64,000 nucleotides of DNA from Myxococcota bacterium (GCA_041611735.1 JBFIML010000002.1:32001-96000); one strand, 5' to 3'; shown: positions 37,119 through 47,245, counted from the first letter of the stretch. The notes: a model not told the origin generated them from the letters alone. Program-made: numbers and translations.

Positions 37119-38138
37119 GTGCGAGGCGAGCAGCTCGCCCGGCAGTGGCGCCTGATCCAGCGGCTGGCGCGCAGCCGCGCTGGAGTGGGCCTCGACGTCC
37201 TGGCCGAGGAGCTCGAGTGCGTGCGGCGCACCGTCTACCGGGACCTGGACGCCCTCATGATGGCGGGCTTCCCGCTGCTGAGCGAGCGCCGCGACGGGCG
37301 CGTCTACTACCGGTTCCTGGACACCTTCCGCCTGGGCGACGTGCCGTTCACGGCCGACGAGATCCTGGCCCTCGCCTTCGGCGAGGACCTGCTGCGCACC
37401 CTGGAGGGCACGGTCTTCCACGACTCGATCCGCTCGGCCCTGGAGAAGATCCGGGCCGCCCTGGGGCCCGAGGTCTCCGCCTACCTGGCCCGGCTGGGTC
37501 AGTCGTTTCGGGTGCTGCCGGGACCCCACAAGAGCTATGCCCACCAGCGCGACACGATCCGCGCCCTGAACGAGGCGGTGCTGGACCGACGCACCCTGCG
37601 CATCCGCTACCGCACCGGACGCACCGGCAAGGAGGGCGACCGCGAGCTGGATGCCTACCGGGTCTGGTACCGGGACGGGGCGCTGTACGTGGTCGGGCAC
37701 GATCATCACTCCGGAGAGATCCGCACCTTCGCCGTGGACCGCATTCTCCGCCTGGCCACCACGTCGAAGCGCTTCGAGATTCCCGAGAGCTTCGACTTCG
37801 ACGCCTACATGGGCTCTTCGTTCGGGGTGATCGCGGAGCCCGCCGTGCCGGTGCGGATCCGGTTCGACCCGCGTTGGGCCGAATGGGTGGCCGAGCGCAC
37901 CTGGCACCCGAGCCAGCAGCTCGAGCGTCTGGCGGACGGAAGCCTCGAGCTGCGCATGCAGGTGGGCGGGAACGCCGAGCTGCGGGGCTGGGTGCTCTCG
38001 TTCGGATCCGGCGCCGAGGTGCTCGAGCCCGAGGCCCTGCGGAGCGAGGTGCGCCGCGAGCTGGCCCTGGCCCTGGCCCGCTACGAGCGCGGCGGCCGGC
38101 CTCGCGTCACCCGGCCTGCCCGGACGCCCGGTCCCTAG
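37119..38138 (+). CDS. HTH-WYL-WCX transcriptional regulator (PafB/C/DriD-like)
   Basis: LAEELECVRRTVYRDL, LYVVGHD...IRTFAVDRI, WVLSFGSGAEVLEP. Confidence 0.9.
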   Translation: MRGEQLARQWRLIQRLARSRAGVGLDVLAEELECVRRTVYRDLDALMMAGFPLLSERRDGRVYYRFLDTFRLGDVPFTADEILALAFGEDLLRTLEGTVFHDSIRSALEKIRAALGPEVSAYLARLGQSFRVLPGPHKSYAHQRDTIRALNEAVLDRRTLRIRYRTGRTGKEGDRELDAYRVWYRDGALYVVGHDHHSGEIRTFAVDRILRLATTSKRFEIPESFDFDAYMGSSFGVIAEPAVPVRIRFDPRWAEWVAERTWHPSQQLERLADGSLELRMQVGGNAELRGWVLSFGSGAEVLEPEALRSEVRRELALALARYERGGRPRVTRPARTPGP

Positions 38139-39195
38139 AGGCCGCCCGCCGCGCCGGGCCCTCGGAGCCCACCATCATGCCGAGGCTGCGGTAGCGCTCC
38201 TCGCTGCGTTCGGTGATCAACCCGAGCGCCCGCAGGTTCGGAATCACCGTGTGCATGTAGACCAGGCTGTTCAGCTCCGCGAAGTTCGGAAGCTGCAGCG
38301 TTGCTCGCACCACCGCATCCGGGTCGATGTCGTACTTCGGCCCCAGCAGATGGAGCATGTCGAGCTGCTGGTTCGCGTTGAGCGCCTCCAGGACGCTGAA
38401 CGCCCAGTCCTCCATCTCGGCGAGCTCCTCGGGCTCCGCCTCGCGCACGGCGCGGCGCATGCAGAGGACGCCGAACGCCGCATGGCGTGACTCGTCCTGC
38501 TCGACGCGGCGGATCATCTCCTTGAGCAGCGGCTGCTCCGTCTCGCGGCGCATCAGGTCGAAGATGCCCACGGCCATGCCCTCGAATAGGCACTGCATGC
38601 CCAGCGTCTTCTTGCGCGCCGTTTCCGCACGGAGCAGCTCGTCCAGCAGGATCTTGAGGGTCGGTCCGATCGGGTAGATGGTCCCCATCTTGCGTTGGAG
38701 GAACTTGGCGATCGCCTCCACGTGGCGGGCCTCGTCCGCCACCTGACTGGCCGCATACCACTTCTCGTCCATCTTGGTGCACGCGTTGGTGAGCTGGCCG
38801 CACAGCTGCAGGGCTGCCTGCTCGCCGTGAAGGAGCTGGGAGAGCACGTGGGCGAGCTCGTCGAAGGCGGCGGCCCGCTGGGTGGCCTCGTCCCGACCCA
38901 TGAGCCGCAGCACCTGCGCCAGCAGGGAAGCCCGTGGCTGGACGACCCAGGCGTCCTTCGAGACGGGGATCGACCAGTCCAGATCCCGCTCGGCGTTCCA
39001 CTGGTTCACCTTCCCCTTCTCGTAGAGGTTGCGCAGCTCCTCCACCTGCTGGCCGTACTCCCAGGTCCAGTTCAGCTCGAGGGGCACCGCCACGTCGGTC
39101 TGGCGGCGCAGCCGCTCGATCTCTTCGGTGTCCACGAACTCCACCACCTCGAAGTCTCCGAAGCGCCGCCGGTGCTCCCGGATCAGCTTGTCCAC
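38107..39195 (-). CDS. Ferritin-like diiron protein
   Basis: LHGEQAAL, DEARH, FEGMA and DESRH give paired E...ExxH ligands. Confidence 0.82.
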   Translation of the reverse strand: MDKLIREHRRRFGDFEVVEFVDTEEIERLRRQTDVAVPLELNWTWEYGQQVEELRNLYEKGKVNQWNAERDLDWSIPVSKDAWVVQPRASLLAQVLRLMGRDEATQRAAAFDELAHVLSQLLHGEQAALQLCGQLTNACTKMDEKWYAASQVADEARHVEAIAKFLQRKMGTIYPIGPTLKILLDELLRAETARKKTLGMQCLFEGMAVGIFDLMRRETEQPLLKEMIRRVEQDESRHAAFGVLCMRRAVREAEPEELAEMEDWAFSVLEALNANQQLDMLHLLGPKYDIDPDAVVRATLQLPNFAELNSLVYMHTVIPNLRALGLITERSEERYRSLGMMVGSEGPARRAASRDRASGQAG

Positions 39196-39869
39196 CTGGG
39201 TTCCTCCCCTTCGTACGAAGCCCGCGCGGCGAGCCCGTGCTGCAAGAGCGCCTTCACCTCGCGCTTTCGGCGCGCCACCGCCTCGGCCGAGAGCAGCGGA
39301 CCGCCGAGCAGCCCTTCGCCGAACTCGCCCGAGGCGAAGTGGTAGACCGTGGCGCCGATCAGGCTCTGGATGGTGTGCGCCGTGGAGACGCGGCGGAACT
39401 CGCCGCGGGCACGTCCCTGGCGCAGGAGGCCGCCGATGCCCGAGAGGATGCCCTCGAGGCGCCGCTGGGCGGCGGCGCCCTCCGGCCAGGCCTCCGCGTC
39501 GAAGTCGTCGTCCTCGAAGAGCGCCCGCAGCAGGAGTCGCGCCGCAGGCGGATCCTCGACGAGGGCGTCGATGAGCCCGTCCAGCCAGCGGTCGAGCCGC
39601 ATGCCCGCGTCGCCGGGCGCGTCCAGGCAGGAAGCGAGCCGCTGCTCCAGGCTCTCGAGCACGCGCTCGATCACCGCCAGGTAGAGCTGGGCCTTGGCCC
39701 GGAAGTGGTGGAAGAGCGAGGACTTGCCGAGCCCGGCGGCGTCGGCCACCTCCTGCATGCCGACCCCGGCGAAGCCGCGCCGGGCAAACAGCACCTCGGC
39801 CACCACGAGGATCTTGTCCCGGGAGGGCGACGGCGCCGGGGCGGGCCCGCGCGCGGGCGCTCGGTCCAT
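39183..39869 (-). CDS. TetR/AcrR family regulator
   Basis: ILVVAEVLFARRGF...MQEVADAAGLGKSSLFHHFRAK. Confidence 0.92.
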   Translation of the reverse strand: MDRAPARGPAPAPSPSRDKILVVAEVLFARRGFAGVGMQEVADAAGLGKSSLFHHFRAKAQLYLAVIERVLESLEQRLASCLDAPGDAGMRLDRWLDGLIDALVEDPPAARLLLRALFEDDDFDAEAWPEGAAAQRRLEGILSGIGGLLRQGRARGEFRRVSTAHTIQSLIGATVYHFASGEFGEGLLGGPLLSAEAVARRKREVKALLQHGLAARASYEGEEPRWTS

Positions 39870-39883
39870 GCTGACTCCTCGGC

Positions 39884-39899
39884 CCGACCGATCGGTCGG
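39884..39899. promoter_or_regulatory. Perfect 16-bp palindrome, likely TetR operator
   Basis: CCGACCGATCGGTCGG just upstream of the tetR RBS/start. Confidence 0.65.
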
Positions 39900-39947
39900 T
39901 TCAGCTCCAAGGTAGGCCGGCGCCCGCGACCGCGTCAACGGGGCCGG

Positions 39948-41375
39948 CTAGGGCTGCACCACCTGCACGGGGCCGAGATCCGCCAGCTGGGGGCGGAGCG
40001 CCTGGGCCGGGCCCACCACGACGATGGCAGCCCGCTGCGGGTGGAGACGGGTGCGCGCGGCTCGCGCCACGTCGTCGGGGCCCACCGCCCGAACGCGCGA
40101 GCGGTAGGTGTCGAGGGCGTCCGGGGGCAGGCCGTAGACCTCCAGGTCCACCAGGCTGCCGGCGATGGCGGCCGCGGTCTCGAGCTCCAGGGCGAAGCTG
40201 CCGGCCGCGTAGCTCTTGGCCGTCTCCAGCTCCGCGGGACTCGGCGGCTCCTGCTGCATGCGCACGAGCTCGGCCAGGACGAGATCCACCACCTTCCGCG
40301 TCTCCGGGACTCGCGTGAAGGTGCCCACGGTGAACGGCCCCGGCTGCCGCCGGAGCGAGAAGCCCGAGCCGACGGCGTAGGTCAACCCCTCCCCGGACCG
40401 CACCCGCACCATGAGGCGCGAGAGGAAGCCGCTCCCACCCAGCACGTCGTTCATGAGGCCGGCGGCCACGCGCTCGGGATCGCTGCGCGCCATGCCCTCG
40501 TGGCCGATCACGATCTGGGCCTGGTTGAGGTCGGGACGGTCCACGATCACGACCCGACGCTCGGGAGGAGCCGGCGCCGGCGGCTCCGGGGTGAGCCGCG
40601 ACAGGTCGCCCGACGGCCAGTCTCCCAGGGCAGCCCGGGCGAACGCCTCGATCTCGGCGCGCCCCACGTCGCCCACGGCGAACAGGATCGCATCGCGGGC
40701 GCCGAAGGCCTGCGCGTGGAAGGCGCGCACCGCGGGAGCGTCGAGCCCGGCCACGGTCTCCGAGGTGCCCTCCAGGGGCAGCCCGTAGCGGTGATCCGGG
40801 TAGAGGGCCCGCAGGAAGGCCCAGCCCGCCAGGGTGCCCGGATCGTCCTTGGCCCGCTCGAGGGCGGCGAGCCGCTCCGAGCGGGCGCGCTCCGCCTCCG
40901 GGGCTTCGAAGCGTGGGCGACGCACCACGTCCACCAGCAACCCGAGCAGGGCGTCCCGGTCCTCGGACAGCCCCGAGAGCAGCACCCGGGTGGAGTCCCA
41001 GCCGGCCGAGACGGCCAGATCGGCGCCCAGGTCGTCCACCGCCCGCGCCAGGGCCAAAGCGTCCCGTTCGCCGGCGCCCCGCTCCATCAGGTCGGCGGTC
41101 AGGCTGGCGAGGCCCGCCCGCTCGCGCTCTTCCACGCCGGCGCCGCGCGGGACCACGAGGCCGAGCCGGAGCCGGGGCAGGCGCCGATCCTCGAGCACCA
41201 GCACCTGGAGGCCGTTCGGCAAGGTCGTGCGGTACAAACGCTCGCCGGGCACCACCGGCCCTTCGCGCACCGGGGGCGGCGGGCGCTCCCAGGCCGGCGC
41301 CGGCTCGAGCCAGGCGCAGGCCGCCGCAAGCAGGGCCACGGCTCCGAGCGCCGCCGCTTCCTGGAGCGCCCTCAC
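39948..41375 (-). CDS. M16 peptidase, non-catalytic subunit (lipoprotein)
   Basis: LAAAC lipobox, LPNGLQVLVLED, GLASLTADLM (no HxxEH), SRL..VR..GLTY; GTGA coupled. Confidence 0.88.
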   Translation of the reverse strand: MRALQEAAALGAVALLAAACAWLEPAPAWERPPPPVREGPVVPGERLYRTTLPNGLQVLVLEDRRLPRLRLGLVVPRGAGVEERERAGLASLTADLMERGAGERDALALARAVDDLGADLAVSAGWDSTRVLLSGLSEDRDALLGLLVDVVRRPRFEAPEAERARSERLAALERAKDDPGTLAGWAFLRALYPDHRYGLPLEGTSETVAGLDAPAVRAFHAQAFGARDAILFAVGDVGRAEIEAFARAALGDWPSGDLSRLTPEPPAPAPPERRVVIVDRPDLNQAQIVIGHEGMARSDPERVAAGLMNDVLGGSGFLSRLMVRVRSGEGLTYAVGSGFSLRRQPGPFTVGTFTRVPETRKVVDLVLAELVRMQQEPPSPAELETAKSYAAGSFALELETAAAIAGSLVDLEVYGLPPDALDTYRSRVRAVGPDDVARAARTRLHPQRAAIVVVGPAQALRPQLADLGPVQVVQP

Positions 41376-42727
41376 GGCGGCGCCACCGCGCCGGCCGGCG
41401 CGACGACCCGGATCACGCTGCGCCTTGCGTCCTGGAGATAGGCGCGCGCCACCCGCTGCACGTCCTCGGCGCTGACCCGGCGGTAGGCGGCGAGACGCTC
41501 CTCCAGCGGACGGATGCGGCCGAGCAGGACCCAGTCGCTCCCGATGCGCGATGCGAGCGAGCTGGTGCGCTCGAGGCCTGCCAGCAGGGCAACCTCCAGC
41601 TGCCGCTTGGCGCGGGCCAGCTCCTCGGGCGCCACCGGCTGCTCCCGCAGCCGGGCGATCTCGCCGAACAGCAGCGACTCGGCTCGTTCGAGGGAGGCGT
41701 CCGGTCGCACGTCGGCCCAGGCGTAGAAGAGGCCGGCCTGCTGCAGCTCCCAGTACGCCCCGTGGGCCGCCAGCGCCTGGCGCTCCTCGTAGACCAGGCG
41801 CCGGTAGAGGCGGCTCGAGCGACCCGCGGAGAGGATCTGGCTCGCCACGTCCAGCGCCTCCGCATCGGCGTGTCCCGCGGGCGGCGCGTGCCAGGCAGCG
41901 GCGAGGATGGGGGCGCGGGCCTCGAATTGGACCGTCGCCTGGCGCTCTCCGCGCTGCTCCGGCTCCCGGGTCGGGTTGCGGGGGATCGCGGACGCCGCTT
42001 CGAGCGCTCCGAAGCGCCGGCGGATGCGCGCGAGGGCCGGCTCCGCCTCGAAATCCCCCACCACCACCAGCACCAGGTTGTCGGGCGCATAGTAGGTGCG
42101 GAAGAAGTCGCGGCACGCCTCCACGGAGACGGCTTCCACGTCGCTGCGCCAGCCGATCACCGGCCAGCGGTAGGGGTGGGACTGGAACGCCAGGGCGAGG
42201 AGCGCCTCGAAGGCCTGTCCCTCCGGACGTGTCTCGGTGCGCAGACGGCGCTCCTCCAGCACCACCTCCCGTTCGCTCGCCAGGGTTTCCTCCGTCACCC
42301 GCAGGTTCGCGAAGCGCTCCGCCTCGAGGTCGATCACGAGCGGCAGCGTCTCGGCCGTCACGTCCTCGAAGTAGACCGTCACGTCCCGGGTGGTGTAGGC
42401 GTTCACGCGCCCGCCCCGGGCCTGGATGAGCTGGCCGTGCCGTTCGGGGGGGAGCCGCTTGGTGCCCCGGAACATCATGTGCTCGAAGAGGTGGGCGAGC
42501 CCCGTGTAGCGCGACTCGTCCTTGGAGCCGACCCGCACCCAGACCTGGAACGACACCACGGGGGTGTTGCGGTCTTCGACGAGCAAGGCGGTGAGGCCGT
42601 TCGGGAGCGTCTCGACGCGCGTCCGGGCGGCCGGGTCCGCGACGTCCGCGGCAGCCGCTGCGGCGGCCAGGAGGAATCCGAGCAGCACGGCGGGGGCGGA
42701 CGGAAAGGCGCGCGCTCGGGACCCCAT
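41372..42727 (-). CDS. M16 (pitrilysin) zinc peptidase, catalytic subunit
   Basis: GLAHLFEHMMF, NAYT, VVLEERR, HPY, YYAPDN. Confidence 0.92.
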   Translation of the reverse strand: MGSRARAFPSAPAVLLGFLLAAAAAAADVADPAARTRVETLPNGLTALLVEDRNTPVVSFQVWVRVGSKDESRYTGLAHLFEHMMFRGTKRLPPERHGQLIQARGGRVNAYTTRDVTVYFEDVTAETLPLVIDLEAERFANLRVTEETLASEREVVLEERRLRTETRPEGQAFEALLALAFQSHPYRWPVIGWRSDVEAVSVEACRDFFRTYYAPDNLVLVVVGDFEAEPALARIRRRFGALEAASAIPRNPTREPEQRGERQATVQFEARAPILAAAWHAPPAGHADAEALDVASQILSAGRSSRLYRRLVYEERQALAAHGAYWELQQAGLFYAWADVRPDASLERAESLLFGEIARLREQPVAPEELARAKRQLEVALLAGLERTSSLASRIGSDWVLLGRIRPLEERLAAYRRVSAEDVQRVARAYLQDARRSVIRVVAPAGAVAPP

Positions 42728-42739
42728 CGGAGGGGGAGC

Positions 42740-43498
42740 CTATCGGGCCGGGTGGTGGGCGTCCAGCGGGGAGGCGGGGCCCGACAGCTCCTCGACCCGG
42801 TAGCGCAAGGCGCGCCGCTGCATCCAGCGCACCGCGAAGACGTCCTCGAGCCCGACGAAGAGCCGGTCCAGGATGCCGTACTTCGAGCGGCCGTGGATGC
42901 GCGGCCGGTGCGAGACCGGGATCTCGACCCCGCGCGCCCCCTCCAGGCGGAGCAGCGTGGGCAGGAAGCGGTGCATGCCCCGGTAGAGCTTGACGCGTCG
43001 CAGGTAGCCGGTTCGCATGGCCCGCAACGAGCAGCCCACGTCGGTCACCGACTCGCCGGTGACGCGGTTTCGGAAGCCGTTTCCGATACGCGAGGCGATC
43101 CGGCGCAGCCAGGTGTCGCGGCGGCCGACCCGCACGCCGTTGACCACGTCGGCCCGGTCCAGGTGCGCCAGCAGGCGCGGGATGTCGGCGGGGTCGTTCT
43201 GGAGGTCCGCATCCAGGGTGACGGTGACCTCGCCCCGCACGGCGCGGAAGCCGGCTTCGAGGGCGGCCGTCTGTCCGTGCTGTCCGTCCAGGCGCAGCAC
43301 CCGCACGCGGGAGTCCTTCTCGGCCAGCTGGCGCAGCCGGCGGGGCGTCGCGTCGCGGCTCCCGTCGTCCACGAAGACGAGCTCGATCCCACCCGCGATG
43401 CCCGCCAGGGCGGCATCGAGCTCCCGGTAGAGCGTCTCGAGCGAGTCCTCCTCGTCGTGAACCGGCACGACGATCGAGAGCTGGAGCTCCTCGGTCAC
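42740..43498 (-). CDS. GT2 polyprenyl-phosphate glycosyltransferase (ArnC/Dpm1-like)
   Basis: SIVVPVHDEE, VDDGSRD, GQTAAL, LDADLQNDP, DVGC, HRFLP, GRSKY. Confidence 0.9.
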   Translation of the reverse strand: MTEELQLSIVVPVHDEEDSLETLYRELDAALAGIAGGIELVFVDDGSRDATPRRLRQLAEKDSRVRVLRLDGQHGQTAALEAGFRAVRGEVTVTLDADLQNDPADIPRLLAHLDRADVVNGVRVGRRDTWLRRIASRIGNGFRNRVTGESVTDVGCSLRAMRTGYLRRVKLYRGMHRFLPTLLRLEGARGVEIPVSHRPRIHGRSKYGILDRLFVGLEDVFAVRWMQRRALRYRVEELSGPASPLDAHHPAR

Positions 43499-44124
43499 GG
43501 GCGATCGTCCTCCCGGCACAGCAGGAACCAGCTGCCGAGATCCTTGCCGTGGCGCGCGGCCGATCCGATCGTGACGTGCTCGGAGACGCCCCGCAGCGTG
43601 TCCACCATGCCGCCGTAGACGAGTCGCGCCAGGCCGCGCTCGTTCCCGCGGATCTCGGGCCAGCCCGGGGGCCGCTCGGCCGGGAGCTCGCGGTAGTCGA
43701 TCAGCACCTCGGACCGGATCCCGTGGGACCGCGCCACGAAGTAGCCGGGCCCCGTCGCGAAGGAGGTCGACTGGAAGTTGTAGCCGTACAGGCGATCCGG
43801 CCGCCCGGGCTCCGCGTCGGCCGGGCGGCAGAAGCGCTTCTCGAAGCGCGTGAAGAGAGGCAGCGTGTTGCGCCCGTGGTGACGCACGGTGGCCAGGGCC
43901 GCGCGGTTGGGCGGCACCAGGTCCTCCAGGCACAGCTCACGAAAGCCTTCCGCCAGCTCGTACAGGCGCCGTTGCCCGCTGCGGCCCACCTGCCGGATCG
44001 CCTGGATCCGCTCCGCCGGGGTGAGCGCGTCCAGCAACCGCGCCACGTCCAGGGGCTTCACGGAGACTTCATGCAGGCGGGCTACCAGCTCGGCGCCCGG
44101 ACTCGACGCAGCGTGCGAGGACAT
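43495..44124 (-). CDS. Conserved hypothetical protein
   Basis: Protein-like ORF (GRNTLPLFTRFEKRFCRP, GYN, TGPGYF); stop overlaps the GT2 start. Confidence 0.7.
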   Translation of the reverse strand: MSSHAASSPGAELVARLHEVSVKPLDVARLLDALTPAERIQAIRQVGRSGQRRLYELAEGFRELCLEDLVPPNRAALATVRHHGRNTLPLFTRFEKRFCRPADAEPGRPDRLYGYNFQSTSFATGPGYFVARSHGIRSEVLIDYRELPAERPPGWPEIRGNERGLARLVYGGMVDTLRGVSEHVTIGSAARHGKDLGSWFLLCREDDRP

Positions 44125-44198
44125 GCGGTACCTCCCGGGAGGACAGGGTACCGTCCCGCCCCGGCTGGTGGAAGGCGGGCCGCGCAGAGGAGGGAGGC

Positions 44199-45842
44199 AT
44201 GGGCACGGCGTCGGCTCCGCCGCGCCTCGCCGCGCTGATGGTGGCGGCGGCGGCGCTGCTGTTCTTCGCCCGCCTGGGCGCCACGGATCTCTGGGCCCCC
44301 GACGAGCCCCGCTACGGTCAGATCGCCGCGGAGCTCCACTCCATGCGCCACGGGGCCTCGGGCCTGGTGCTGCTGCACCTGAACGACCAACCCTATACCC
44401 AGAAGCCTCCGCTCTACTACTGGCTCGCCGCGGCGGCAGGCTGCGTCTTCGGACGCGTCACCGAGTCCGCGGCACGCCTGCCCTCGGCGCTGGCGGGCCT
44501 CGCGCTCGTGGTCCTCACCTGGCGCTTCGGACGCCGGCTGCTGGGCGCCTCGAGCGGCCTGTTGGGGGCCGCGTTCCTCGCCACCACCTGGGAGTTCGCG
44601 ACCCGCAGCCGCCGCGTGCAGCTCGACGCGCTGCTGGCGCTGTTCGAGACCCTGGCGCTCGTGGCCTTCTGGCGCCTGGAGCGGGGGCTCGGTTCGCGGC
44701 GGACGAACCTGTTGCTCCTGCACGGTGCCATGGGCCTGGCGGTCCTGACCAAGGGGCCCGTCGGCGTGCTCGTCCCGCTGGCGGTGATGGCCGCCAGCCT
44801 GGCCTGGGAACGGCGCCTGGGTACCCTGGCGCGGCTGTTCCCGCCCTGGGCCCTGATGCTGTCGCTCGGCCCGGGCCTGGCGTGGATCGTGGCAGCGGTG
44901 GCGCTGGCGCCACCCGGCTTCTTCGCCGAAGCGGTGGGCGAGAACGTGTTCGGACGCTTCTTCGCGGGCACCTCCCACGCGCGGCCAGCCTGGTACTACC
45001 TGTACGCATTCCCCGTGGACCTGCTGCCCTGGACGCCCCTGGGCGTGGCCGTGGCGTGGGCCGCCCGCCGCCGCGTGTTCGTGCCGGGTGCGAGCCAGGA
45101 AGCGCGCCAGGCATGGCGCTTCCTGCTGGCCTGGGTCGCAGCCACGCTGGTCTTCTTCTCGCTCTCCAGTGGCAAACGGGGCCTCTACCTGCTGCCGGCG
45201 TTTCCCGCCGCCGCGTTGCTCATCGCGGACGCCACCTTGCGCTGGGTGGCGGCGCAGCCGCGCTTCCCGCTCGCCTTCAGCGTCGGAGCGGCGTCCGGGG
45301 GCACTCTGCTGGCCGCTGCAGCCGTCTGGCTGGCGCTGGCGGATCCGGTCCACGACGCCACCGTATCCCGGGCCACGGGCGCGGCCGTGTTGCTGGCGGT
45401 GAGCCTCGCGGCCGTGGCGTGGACGCTGGCGCGCCGGCGTGGGGCGGCGCGTCTCACCCGCGTCGCCATCGCGGTGGCGGCCGTGTGGGCCGTCGAACTC
45501 GCGCTCTTCGCCGGGCTCTTCCCGGCCCGCAACCCGGAGAAGTCGCCCCGCCCCCTCGCGGAGGCGGCGGCACGGCTGGTGGGTCCCGGCGAGCCCGTGG
45601 GCCTGCTGCAGAACCGTGCCCTCACGGGGGGGCTCGTCTACTACGGCGGCCACCGCGTCGCGAACCTGGCCGGGCCGAAGAGCGTGGCGCGCTTCTTCGC
45701 CGAGGGCGGCCGTGCGGTCGTGATGCGCGAGAGCTCGCTCGAGCGGGTGCGCGAGCGGGTGCCCGTGGAGGTCCGTTTCCGGGTCCGTGGCGGCCATCGC
45801 GCCATGCTGGTGGTCACGCCGGCCCCCGCGGTCCGGGAATGA
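44199..45842 (+). CDS. ArnT/GT39-83 family membrane glycosyltransferase
   Basis: DEPRY, KPPLYYW, ARLPSA, LTKGP, LLPWT, K..YLLP; many TM helices. Confidence 0.9.
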   Translation: MGTASAPPRLAALMVAAAALLFFARLGATDLWAPDEPRYGQIAAELHSMRHGASGLVLLHLNDQPYTQKPPLYYWLAAAAGCVFGRVTESAARLPSALAGLALVVLTWRFGRRLLGASSGLLGAAFLATTWEFATRSRRVQLDALLALFETLALVAFWRLERGLGSRRTNLLLLHGAMGLAVLTKGPVGVLVPLAVMAASLAWERRLGTLARLFPPWALMLSLGPGLAWIVAAVALAPPGFFAEAVGENVFGRFFAGTSHARPAWYYLYAFPVDLLPWTPLGVAVAWAARRRVFVPGASQEARQAWRFLLAWVAATLVFFSLSSGKRGLYLLPAFPAAALLIADATLRWVAAQPRFPLAFSVGAASGGTLLAAAAVWLALADPVHDATVSRATGAAVLLAVSLAAVAWTLARRRGAARLTRVAIAVAAVWAVELALFAGLFPARNPEKSPRPLAEAAARLVGPGEPVGLLQNRALTGGLVYYGGHRVANLAGPKSVARFFAEGGRAVVMRESSLERVRERVPVEVRFRVRGGHRAMLVVTPAPAVRE

Positions 45843-45936
45843 GCCGATTCCCGCCGGGCTGTGGCGACGCCGTGGCCTCGGCTAGACTCCCGCCCGTCGC
45901 GAAGGCGCTCGTGAGATCGACACAAAGGAGTCCGTC

Positions 45937-47223
45937 ATGGCCGAGACCGCAGAGATTCGCATCGGCGACAAGACGGTGAGTCTTCCCGTCCTGGTGGGCA
46001 GCGAGGGGGAGCGCGCCATCGACATCCGGCGCCTGCGCAGCCAGACGGGCTGCATCACCCTGGACCCGGGCTACGCGAACACGGGCTCCTGCAAGAGCGC
46101 CATCACGTTCATCGACGGCGAGAAGGGCATCCTCCGCTACCGCGGCTATCCGATCGAGGAGCTGGCCGACAACAGCACCTTCCTGGAGGTGGCCTACCTG
46201 CTCATCTACGGGAAGCTGCCCGGACGCACCGAGCTCGAGTCCTACGTGGACTCGATCCGGCGCCACACCATGTTGCACGAGGACTTCAAGCGCTTCTTCA
46301 GCGCGCTTCCGAAGGACGCCCACCCCATGGCGGCCTGCTCCGCAGCGGTGGGCGCCCTGGCGACCTTCTATCCCGACTCACTCGATCCGCGCAAGCCGCG
46401 CGAGGTCGAGATCTCCGTGCACCGGCTGATCGCCAAGCTTCCGACCATGGCTGCCTACGCCTACAAGCACTCGATCGGCCAGCCCTTCATGTACCCGGCC
46501 AACCAGCTCAGCTACGTGGGCAATCTCCTGTACATGATGTTCGCCACTCCCTGCGAAGAGTTCGAGGTGGACCCGGTGGTCGAGAAGGCCATCGACCTGC
46601 TGCTGATCCTGCACGCGGACCACGAGCAGAACTGCTCCGCCAGCAGCGTGCGCCTGGTGGGCTCCTCCATGGTGAACCTGTTCGCCGCCAGCGCCGCGGG
46701 GATCAACGCCCTGTGGGGGCCGCTGCACGGCGGGGCGAACCAGGCCGTGATCGAGATGCTGGCCGCGATCCGGGACGAGGGAATGACCGCGCGCCAGTTC
46801 GTGGAGCGCGCCAAGAGCAAGGACGACACCTCGCGGCTCATGGGCTTCGGCCACCGCGTCTACAAGAACTTCGATCCGCGCATGAAGATCATCAAGAAGG
46901 CCTGCTTCGACGTGCTGCAGAAACTCGGCGTGCACAGCAAGCTGCTCGAGATCGCCGTGGAGCTGGAGGAGATCGCGCTGAAGGACGAATACTTCGTCGA
47001 GCGCAAGCTCTATCCCAACGTCGATTTCTACTCCGGCGTGATCTACAACGCCATCGGGACGCCCCAGAACATGTTCACGGCCATGTTCGCGATCGGTCGC
47101 CTGCCGGGATGGATCGCCCAGTGGATGGAGCTGCACCAGGACCCCGACTTCAAGATCGGGCGCCCCCGGCAGATCTACGTGGGCGAGACCGAGCGCCATT
47201 ACGCAGCCATCAACAAGCGCTGA
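45937..47223 (+). CDS. gltA: Citrate synthase (type II)
   Basis: LDPGY, LRYRGYPIE, HADHEQN, LWGPLHGGAN, MGFGHRVYK, YPNVDFYSG. Confidence 0.97.
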   Translation: MAETAEIRIGDKTVSLPVLVGSEGERAIDIRRLRSQTGCITLDPGYANTGSCKSAITFIDGEKGILRYRGYPIEELADNSTFLEVAYLLIYGKLPGRTELESYVDSIRRHTMLHEDFKRFFSALPKDAHPMAACSAAVGALATFYPDSLDPRKPREVEISVHRLIAKLPTMAAYAYKHSIGQPFMYPANQLSYVGNLLYMMFATPCEEFEVDPVVEKAIDLLLILHADHEQNCSASSVRLVGSSMVNLFAASAAGINALWGPLHGGANQAVIEMLAAIRDEGMTARQFVERAKSKDDTSRLMGFGHRVYKNFDPRMKIIKKACFDVLQKLGVHSKLLEIAVELEEIALKDEYFVERKLYPNVDFYSGVIYNAIGTPQNMFTAMFAIGRLPGWIAQWMELHQDPDFKIGRPRQIYVGETERHYAAINKR

Positions 47224-47245
47224 CCGCGCACCGCGGCGCCCGGAC

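Noticed and set aside
35851-38138. CBASS/CapV-type defence system (patatin + WYL)
   Set aside because: No cyclase or other defence gene, no compositional shift, and the genes sit behind housekeeping efp.
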